Shown here in pieces: positions 1 through 9,599 of a stretch of DNA of 64,000 nt (its first letter is position 1; every line of letters begins with the position of its first letter). The notes beneath the pieces are model-generated. The model made no database searches. It was not told the DNA's origin and worked only from the letters and a program-made list of their open reading frames with translations. The DNA is from Magallana gigas (taxonomy: Eukaryota): assembly GCF_963853765.1 (NCBI RefSeq), contig NC_088858.1, forward strand, positions 35,898,001 through 35,962,000, written 5' to 3'. The position numbers and the translations under genes were made by a program.

Positions 1-192
1 AAATAAAACAATTTATAAAAAATTAAAAATAAAGAAATTATAAAAATAAATGGTAGTAAAGGGGACTAATAACTGAAAGAGGCGCAGTTGACATATTTGA
101 TTAAAAAAAAAAAACTATAAGGGTGTCAGGTGATGTAAGGATATGAGACGTTCATTTTAGTGAAGTCCATTTGTTTGTTCATGCCATCGGCT

Positions 193-286
193 CAATCTAA
201 TTAAAATTATATCCTTCACGCTCTCGTATTTGATATGTCGACATATCAAAAACGAGAGCGTGAAGGATCTAATTTTAATTAGATTG
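193..286. mobile_element. 94-bp spacerless palindrome (MITE-like) with 10-bp target-site duplication
   Basis: Arms caatctaattaaaatta(t/g)atccttcacgctctcgt(a/t)tttgatatgtc are reverse complements with 2 mismatches, centred on gtcgac. Flanked by gccatcggct (183-192) and gccatcgggt (287-296). Confidence 0.7.
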
Positions 287-594
287 GCCATCGGGTCTGA
301 ATGATTTGAGTCTGTGCATCCAGAACTTTTCTTTGCTTTTCTTCTCCGCGTCTGTCCAATGAGGACTCTGGTCAATAACCAATACTGTCATGTCTTCCCA
401 TTTGTGACCACAAAATTACATGTAAAAAATAATTCAAACTTTTTTCAATATCTTCATAAATACTATTATCAACAAAAGAAAGATACATTTGATTGAAACT
501 TACACCAATACAACACATATGAAAAAAATGACAATATTCGAGCTCTGTTTACAAAACAAAGAATTATTAACTCTGTACCTTGCTTATTTAAGGA

Positions 595-741
595 ATAAGG
601 AATAACTCTTTTAGTATTATGAGGTTATAATTTCGGTCAGGGCGTGATCAAATCAAATAAAGCCCAAAGGGCTTTATGATATATTTGATCACGCCCCGAC
701 CGAAATTATCACATCATAATATTCAAAGAATGATTCCTTAT
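595..741. repeat. Long imperfect inverted repeat within a non-autonomous DNA repeat
   Basis: ataagga...cggtcagggcgtgatcaaat is the reverse complement of atttgatcacgccccgaccg...tccttat, with a central aaagccc/gggcttt hairpin. Confidence 0.7.
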
Positions 742-1038
742 AATTACTTATATTTATATAATTTTAAGCCATCGTACGATTAAATATTTAAATATAAACA
801 ATCAAACCCCCCTGGCGCCTCAATTTGGCGTCATTTGAAGTTATGGGTTATATAGTACAAAATCGATATGTAGCGTTATCACAGGCAAAGACACTGGAAA
901 GTGTAAATATAACTTGATGTTTGACTTTCAAATTTTGACATTGCATTAAAAACTTCTATATTTATCAGTAAAAACATTGAAAATGGAAAAATAAAATTTG
1001 AAAAAAAAATCAGTAAAATCGTGTCCAAGTCCCTTTAA

Positions 1039-1572
1039 AAGGGCATGGTCAAATTTATGATTAACATTTTTCATAACTGACTTTCATAATTCTTCATTTA
1101 GATACTTCTAATAATCCATTTTAGTGTCATTCGTCGAGTTATATGCATATTACAGACTTCACAGCTCATTGTAAAACAAAGTTCAGGCTATGCATATCGA
1201 ATGCTGAATAGAAAATTTATACATAGTTTTGGTGTTTCAATCTGACAAACACTAAGAACTTAATTATTTTGTGTTCATCATCTTCGCTAGCCAAGTGTCC
1301 GAGAAAAACGAATCGGACACTTGGCTGGTGAAGATGGGTGTTCATAACAAACTAGAAAAGAGAAAATAATAATCTTGAAACAGAACTTTTACAAGTAAAT
1401 TTAAACAGAAACATTGCGCGAGCCACTGTGAGTTCTGTATATTCCACGTAACTCGCAGACTGACATTCATATTTTGGCTGACTATATATCTAATATGCCA
1501 CATAAAAGCATTGTAAACAATAATACAAGTAATAGAAAACTAATTTCCGGTTCAAACGGTTGACATGCCCCT
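1039..1572. mobile_element. Probable Kolobok-type MITE
   Basis: Imperfect TIRs aagggcatggtcaa / ttgacatgcccct, with TTAA on the left and a degenerate tgaa on the right. Confidence 0.4.
1279..1336. mobile_element. 58-bp mini-MITE (24-bp TIRs, 10-bp spacer, 9-bp TSD)
   Basis: catcttcgctagccaagtgtccga ... tcggacacttggctggtgaagatg. Flanks are tgtgttcat / ggtgttcat. The same TIR family occurs at 13494-13579. Confidence 0.7.
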
Positions 1573-1689
1573 TGAATTTTGTTTAAACTTGTTTAAAGTT
1601 ACAGCAACGACTAGCAAACTCCAGACAATGTTTCTTTCAATGTTGAAATTTCACAATCATCGGAAAAGATTAAACTTAAGGTAATTTCT

Positions 1690-2828
1690 CTACTTTCGGA
1701 ATTGCGCAATTTTACTTTTCATTCCCGAAAACCAAAGGCGAGGCAGACTTGGGTAGTAAGATTTAAGCACGAGTTTTTTGGTGACGGGGCTATAGGCAAA
1801 GATTTGGTCGCAGTAGTCGCCCTTCTTAAGGACCGGAGTCCACTTCCTCTCATAGGCTTCGTGGAGACTAGTGAAATATGTGTCAGATATTAATTGTATG
1901 TGTTGTTTTTACATTCAACATATAACTGAACTATGTTTAGTTCGCTAGCAATTGCGAGCTAAACGTTACTTTAAAAACTATCATATCAGGTTTTATATTT
2001 CATTACATTACAACATTTCACACAAAAAGTTATGAACTGAGGACAATGCATATAAGGATATCTAGTCCATATTCACCTATAAAACATATTATACTTACAT
2101 TTGAGAACCATCTTTGGTAGGACCAGGAACTGGTGTAGAACCTCCTCAGTAGGATCTCTGTCCTCAGAAGAACCCCTATCCTTAGTAGGGCATCTATCCT
2201 CAGTAAGATCTCTATACTCAAGAGGGTCTATATCCCCAGGAAGATCTCTATCCTCGGGAGGATCTCTCCTCAGGAGGACCTCTATCCTCAGGAGGATCTC
2301 TATCCGCGGCAGGGACTTCGTCAGAAGCAAGGCCGTAATATCCGCCGTCACTTTCATCATCGGCAATGACGCCGGGAGTAGACCGTGCATTGAACCAGCA
2401 ATCTAATAATATACATGTTATATACAATTTATATTGAGATATTCGCTAACTTGATAACAACAAAATATATAAAGATATCAGTCATCAAGTAATATTGACA
2501 TCAATTTGGAATATCAGAAATCATATAATAACGGAAACTGATTTAGCAATAAAGAAAATTTATCAATCCAGCATTGAACATCTTTAACATCAGTGAATAT
2601 TAATATCAGTGATTTGGAGATATTTTTAGTCAAATAGGTTGCAAAATTATCTTTTGTGAGTCTCTGCATGTTTAAAAAATGTGTTTTTTACATGTTACAT
2701 ATTGGAGCCCATCCTTCACTCTGTTCATGCCTTGATCACTAATTGACTCTGTTCGGTTCCACAGCCAGGGTACCGTGTAGAGGGCTCCCAGCACAGCCAG
2801 TGTTGATGCTCCCATTTCCAGGGCTATC
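1690..2828 (-). pseudogene. Unidentified multi-exon gene or pseudogene with an 18-bp minisatellite exon
   Basis: GC-richer blocks bounded by canonical AG/GT at about 2700-2828, 2099-2402 and 1690/1719-1867 splice into open frames. No recognisable domain. Confidence 0.35.
2150..2310 (-). repeat. 18-bp minisatellite (GATAGAGATCCTCCTGAG, DRDPPE-like), ~9 degenerate copies
   Basis: Directly visible tandem units. The ORF track shows DPPEDRDLPGDIDPLEYRDLTEDRCPTKDRGSSEDRDPTEE. Confidence 0.85.
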
Positions 2829-3288
2829 TGCACATTTGAAAGAAAAAACACGCAAATTGTAGAAAAACCGACAAATAACCTTATTAAAACAAATAAACTG
2901 GCAAAGTTAGACCGACCAAGGCGCCAGAATTAATGAAAAGAACCCAGATCGTGTGACGCCAATCCAGTTGTACTCACGCTATGGAGATTCTATGTTCCTG
3001 GACATAATTCCGGTTTATCCATCACTCCGAGCCACACCCCAAACTTCTCCACTCTATTCAGGGACGTCTCCCTACTGATGAAGGAAAAATTAGAGCTCGA
3101 CAATTGTGTTGCTTTTTTAAAAAATACACTTTAATTATTAAATTAATCTCAAAAGACAGCGCACGTACATATATTATTCTGTAGAGTTTTGGTGGATATT
3201 ACTTTTAGTGGATAAAATTGAGGGGGGCAATAAACTTGCTGCCATCCAAATAGTCAGTAAATAGGTATTTTAATTATTACTGTATATA

Positions 3289-3481
3289 CAGGGTTAATTA
3301 TTTTCGCCCCGTGTTATTTTCGCCCTTGTACACTTGCAAACGGTTTCGTTCCGTTTTAAATTCGCCCAGACGAACTTGTGTACTAAAGAATTGGAACATT
3401 GAAATTCGCCCAGTCTTAAATTCGCCCGCTGAAAACGAGGGCGAAAGGGGCAAAAATAAAACGGGGGCAAATATTTCCCTG
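3289..3481. mobile_element. Tc1/mariner-like MITE
   Basis: Terminal inverted repeats caggg..att.tcgcccc.tgttattttcgccc / gggc.aaaataaaacgggggcaaatatttccctg, internal attcgccc repeats, and TA on the left flank. Confidence 0.5.
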
Positions 3482-4283
3482 TTTACCGAAGAAAACTCTA
3501 TTTGTTGGCGATCCAGAATGTCTTGATGATAAACAAATTAGAGTAATCAGACTTTGAATTTAACGCAGCGATCGGATTATGTCAGAGGTGCTCCGAGTTC
3601 AAAAAGGAGGGAAATCATATGCTGCCGGTGAATTTCGATGACTATTCACCATGGGCAGATATAGCATGGAAACTATCTCACGGTTAGATAGAATAGCATG
3701 TTTATTCATTGTAATTTTACATAGAAAACATTCACAGAGATATAATAAAGTAAACTACACATTGGTAAGTTTCTGACATTTGATGGTGCAACAAGCACAC
3801 AGTACGGAAGGTCAACCCTTTGAAAAGCAGTGTAGAGAAAAGATGCTCAGAATAAAATTTTAAACAAAATGCTACCCAAATGTATTTTGTTGGTGGTCCC
3901 GTTAAGGAGTTTAAAGGTCGGCCCCTAAAACACAGTTGTTCAGATATAGCTAGAACGGTCAACAATTCAACAACAAAAAACAAAATATGTTTATCTTTAC
4001 GAGACCTTTCATTTCATATCAAGAAAAGGGGGCTGGCCCCTCAAATTAGGGGCCAGGAGGGCTCTAAAAGCTTTTCATAATAACTCTTTCTGGAGCAATA
4101 GTTTGTTATAAATCATAAACACAAAAAGAGCTTATCAAGCTAAAACTGAAATCCATTTAAAAATCTGACGGTTGATTGAGGGATATTAGCTTTAAAAATT
4201 GATTTTTACGGAAATTTTGATTCCGCATTCTTGGTTTAAAAAATAGTTGTTAGTTCAGAATTAAGTTAAGCACGACCTCTGGT

Positions 4284-4934
4284 GGCAGGGAATAGTTTCG
4301 AAGGAAAGACCCGGTCAAAATTTTGAAATAAAGGGAGAACCTGAGGTTTGGCTGGTTATTTGACGGGTTTAAATTGCTAGAATATTTATTGCATTCATTT
4401 CGTGGATAGAGGAGCTCATGTCAATTTCATTGATATACAACTCTTTAATACTAGTAGCACTTTTCATCAGATATGGAATGAAAATGCAAAACTGTGGCCA
4501 AAATTTTCACTTTACGTTTTGTGCTTGAAAAGTAGGGTGGGTTCAGAACACGAAATGTCACTCGAAAAGAAGGTGATTGACACCCCCCCCCCCCATCAAT
4601 CGGTGTTTATTTGCATTGGTATACATTAAGCTACCAATCCTATGATAGTTTATGGCAGTTGCTCGGGACTGGAGCGTGGTGCTGGACCCGTGAAAATGTG
4701 AAAAAAGGGCAATTTTTCAGAAAATTTTGAGACCGTCCCTGGCTATTCTATATAATCTATATGTAAGTTGTAGTTGTTTAATTCTGAAATGTTTAAAAAT
4801 TCTCAAGGGTCAGGACCATGTGTCCCCTGCATGCAAACCGATTTTAGCAAATTTAAAAATCTACTGAAAAATTAAATCACTTATATTAGCACTATCTGCC
4901 TCACATTTCTTCGACCAAAAAACTATCCCCTGCC
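4284..4934. mobile_element. 651-bp non-autonomous TIR element with 9-bp TSD (Mutator/MULE-like)
   Basis: TIRs ggcaggg(a/g)atagttt. Exact 9-bp duplication acctctggt at 4275-4283 and 4935-4943. Confidence 0.8.
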
Positions 4935-5318
4935 ACCTCTGGTGAGAGAATGTAAGTTAACTTGTACCTGAAATAATTTAATAATTGCTCAGTCAAACTT
5001 GAACAAATTCGGATTTTTTGTTAAGTCATTCTTAAAATCGTTAAGATTTTGTTAATTCGTACTGATTTTGATTTTGTTAAGTCGTACCAAGAATTGTTTT
5101 CTTTGCAACTTTTTCTTTTAGTCACTCTTGTTCTTGGTCCAAAAACTCTGCTTCTTACATCAATTTCCAACTTTTCTGTTGACATTAACGGAAAAGCCAC
5201 TAGTTGCTTTGCAACGAGCTTTGCTCTAGTTATTATTCTTGTTAAAAGATAGTATTGCAGAAAAGAGGGATATTCCCTCGCGTGAAAAGGACCTTGCCCG
5301 TAACGCTTGTATGATGAG

Positions 5319-7510
5319 TCATATGTTATTATTTAAACAATAAAATGCTTTCTTTGGTGATTCATTCGGGATATGAAGGTAGTGACATTGCAGAAAAAAT
5401 ACATAACCCACGGTAGGATTTGCCCCGAAACTGTAGCCTTGTGTTACCAGCAGATCGCCATTTGGCATGCAAGAATTAAAAACTGTATGGTAGTCTAAAT
5501 CAAAAGATCTAAGAAGCTCCCCAGCAGAATTGTATAGTTTCACCTGCTTCGACGACAGATAGTTCACCCACACTAGGTTATCGTGAGTAACGCTTATTCC
5601 ATGTATTGTTGAACTGTTACCTTCATTTATGCAAGATACTAAATCTAATTTCTTCAGAAACATTTTCGCAAACATCCCTGGCAACTCTTTACGACATCTT
5701 TCTTTCTTTGATCGCTGGGTTCTAATTTGCAATTTTTCCTCAGGAGTCGACCTCTTCACTCGAGCTGCTTTTCTCTTTTTTTGAGAAGACGGGTTTGTTT
5801 TCCGTGAACTCTCATGTTTTCCTTTCGGAGGAGAGCGTACTCTTCTTTTTAATGCAGGAGTTAATATTGATGATGTCTTTGTTTCTGTAACCGCTAAAGA
5901 GTTGATTTTCTTCCTTATATTAACAGATGTAGATTTGCCCGACTTTTTATTAAGTGTTTTTGCATTTTTGCGACTGTTAACAATTGTGTTCATAGATGAT
6001 TTATTCTTTCTGTTGAGAGTCTTTGTTGGAATTCTTTTCTCCTGATTCCCTTTTGGTGTTTTATGTGATGATCTGTTATTTTCATTGGCTTGTTCTGTTG
6101 AAACCATCCTTTTGGCAGCTCCCCTTTTACTTCTTCTAATCAATACAGTTGTTTTCAATTTTGAAACTTTTGTTTGCCCATCGTTTTGTGGCAAAATTAT
6201 TCGTCGACTTTCACTAGCATTCGTAGAACAGTGATCTGCAAAAGTCAACAAAAGTAAACATAAGCATGTTTGACACTTTCAAAAAATTCTTAAGAGAAAT
6301 ATTCCGGTTTCTGTGATATTTAGAATTAAAGAATGTCTATGTAGTCCCCGACTATCACTGAATAATTCATCGACCCCGTTTTTAAACTTTGACATTATAT
6401 TTAATAATTCCAGCAATGCATCGAAGCTTGAGCTCACCAACAAAAAATGATATGATGTGCAAAAAACTGTTCAGAATTCATCAATTGCCACAAGAACAAG
6501 TGGTTTGCTACATTATAGGTCTTAAATTATAGATTTGTGTACTTAACCATACAGTACCAATCAATGTTGTTGTCTCGGAACACCGGGAACCAATGTACCG
6601 AAGTTCACTACCTTAAGCATGTTAAGTAAAACTTCTTGACGTTTGGTTTTGGTTTGAAGTTTTTAATTACAGTGTATTTTTAAGGCACTACATCACGAGA
6701 TGGCAATTCAAATGTTTTTTTGCTTCTAATGCATCATGCTATTTATCATAATGATTTGAGGGAGTATTTCAAGGTGTAGTGAGCCAGCCTCAACAGAAAA
6801 ACAGGACAACAATACTAGTATTTGATTACAATATGGCCATCTACTGAAGTCAATTGCGTGCTTTGTCTTGATACAAATTAATTGTAATTTTTTACTTTCC
6901 ATATATAATAATGGTACATGTATATACAATCATGAGTTATTTTTATTAGAAATAAAAGGTTTACCGAATAAAATAAGCTTTGAATACAAATCATATATGT
7001 TGCCTATACAAATAACATTATCAGACATTGTTGGAGAACTAGTTTTGAAATCGAATTTTCATTATCATTAGTATACGTCTGTGTAATTCAAATGATGTGA
7101 TAACAGAATGGTAGCGTATAAATTACTATTCACCATTCTCATCCTGCCCCTTTCTTTTCCTGAGATTATATCGTCTCTTAGTTTGAGCCTCGTTTTCATC
7201 ATGTACAGGAGCACTGCTTGTAGCTGCTTTTCTTGTAACAACCTTCTCAACTTTATCTGTCACGTAATAAGAATTAATGCATTGAGCAGAACATCTGGGT
7301 ATTAAAAACATGATTTCGATGAAAAAATTTATTTCTGAGAAATGCAATGTTCAGAGCATAAAATGTATAATATTAGGTTTAGAGCAGAATGTTTACCTAA
7401 ATCAAGCTATAGTACAGGCTACGTGAAAATTAAGACCCAAAAAGTTATTTCATTAACAAAAATAGTAAATATTACTTTTATACATTACCTTTAAACCATG
7501 CAAGTCCCAT
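5319..7510 (-). CDS. Truncated paralogue (copy 1) of basic-IDR + NHL-like propeller protein, ~353 aa; possibly a pseudogene
   Basis: Coding exons 7489-7510 (ATG GGA CTT GCA TGG TTT AAA G|gt), 7134-7256 and 5319-6235, all phase 1. Homologous to copy 2 until ~5408, then reads into a dispersed repeat. Confidence 0.65.
5320..5410. repeat. Dispersed repeat fragment at the truncation point of copy 1
   Basis: Clearly similar (roughly 80% by eye) to 54767-54855 in a PSMA4 intron (tttaaacaataaaatgc..tctttggtgattcat..gggatat.aaggt...cagaaaaaatacata.ccc). Confidence 0.7.
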
Positions 7511-8969
7511 GCTGTATGATCTGACCGTCTTTAAGCGCTGTCAAAGTTTAATATGTAGATCAACAAGATGCCTGCAACATCACAGGGTAACCTTATTAAA
7601 ACAAGCCAGACAATGAAAAAAATATGTCATTAATTTATTAAAGAAAACAGTCAAGCTACTGACGACTTACTGAAGTATATAATGAATACTCAAGATGTTG
7701 TTTGAGAACCGATTTTTTTAACTTATGGTTAAAAGATTTAAGAAAATGTTAATGAAGAGATTCTGCATGAATTAAGTAATATTACTGTTTTATTGTTTTG
7801 AAACAGCAGTCTTGCGTAGATGCAAAATCAGTTGGACCGAGTTGGCAGGGGGACGAATTTACAAATATTTATTTTCCATGCGCACAGGTTAAAAAAAGAT
7901 AGCCGCAAAATTCTGTAGAATTCCATTGGCGTATAATATAATGTTATAATCTATAAAAATATAATAAATATGTATCTTAGTTCTGCATTCAAAAAAATTC
8001 AGCACCGTAGATTTCTACACATTTGAGGTGTCAGGTGTCACCAATGACAACGTATACAATGACATCTGAGATTTAACGTTACACATGCTATAACTATTGA
8101 CACAGCTATGCGTGAATTTTGCTAATACTTAATTAAATGATGAAAATGTGAACGCTCCAACAAATTTAAATATTTTTTTTTACAAACTGTCAACCAGGTA
8201 GAGGTCTGTACATGTACGTCAAACAAACGCCCAGTCATTCACGGTCACTAAAGATATTACCATCCGACCATTTCGGTTCCCATTGTTTATATACATTACC
8301 TTTCCATGCGATTAAAAAATTCAAACCGTTTCGATATTCGAACCCAATCAAAATAGTCAGTTATAGTCAAAACATTTTAAACTACGTGACCACTTGACTA
8401 AATTAGATTTGATAAAAAGTGGGGAAGTTTAACACAGCGTTTTTAGATTTAAAAAAGCATTGTTTCTTTCCAAAATTAATTTTTTTTTTTTAAAAGCCTC
8501 TTTGAAACAAAAATCAGAAAGGTCAGTTGTTAAGAAATTTTCTGACTATTTACGTGTATATCAAATTCATTTTAATTCTAGGAGGCAGTTTTTACAACAA
8601 TGAGGACTCCGGCCTTTTGAACAAACTTGAAATCTTGCCACATTTGTATGCATAATCATTTTCAAAAAATTTCGCTCGTGGTCTTATGGCATTAGTACAC
8701 ACTTTCCTGATAAAATTCTACTCTGTTTTATGTGAATTATAAAAAAGAAAAGAAAAGATTAACCTCCAATTCTGTGACTTTGATTTTTTTTCTTCGTATC
8801 TGCAACACATTTAGAGAAAAATAGCACATGAACTGCAACACCTTCTTTAAATACTTTCGTGTGTCAATAACGTCTTCTTTTTGAAAAGTGAAATTCTCTA
8901 CTCATAGAGCAGGGGTTGAGGCGTTTAATATTTTTTAAGGTGGGTATATGGTTACATAGTAAATATGCA

Positions 8970-9510
8970 TTTTTAAGGTCCCTCGTAACATTGTGGTAAT
9001 CTATTGTCATTAGTCGTACGTTTTGTGTAAACAATTGCACATTTTTAACTTAAAAACTTCAAGATAAATTAAATTATACGATCTAATAAATATGTATTTT
9101 TAAGGTCACTCGAGACATTACGACAATCTATTGTCGTTGGCCGTACATTGTCTTAAACGATTGCACATTTTTAACTTGAAAACTTAAATGATAGATTGTG
9201 ACTTGGCCATATTAAATATTTCAAGTAATCTACTTTAAATCCTGTCATTGTATGCCTGTGAACATTTTAAGTCAATCTGTGAACATAAAAGATTTACTAT
9301 TAAAAGCTCGCAGGTCTCTTTTTACCAAAACATTATTACATTTATTGGCTCCTAAAATAAAAAAAAAACGGGGAATCTTGTAAGAGAAGTCCCGGATTAG
9401 GGTTAAGACTCAAAACTGAAGCTTTAAAATGCAAATATGATATTGCTTGACAGATTCAAATAAGGGGTATGGTACTCCATTGACCGTCAAGGCCGATGGG
9501 CCTCTTGTTA
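8970..9510 (+). mobile_element. Degenerate Helentron-associated (HINE-like) remnant
   Basis: Two tandem ~90-bp ttaaggtc...ttgcacatttttaactt..aaact starts, and a 3' end ggccgatgggcctcttgtt resembling the end of the 27887-29368 element. Confidence 0.45.
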
Positions 9511-9599
9511 TAAAGGAAAAAACTATTCAACATCAGCATAAAAAAACCAACGGTATTTTTGTTTCTATTTTATTAATCTTGCCATTAAAATAAAGGTCA

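Noticed and set aside
157-496. Short ORFs at the window start
   Set aside because: They run through the palindromic insertion and have no recognisable motifs.
5040-5255. Possible coding remnant downstream of truncated copy 1
   Set aside because: Frames are interrupted by stops and show no similarity to the missing propeller blades.
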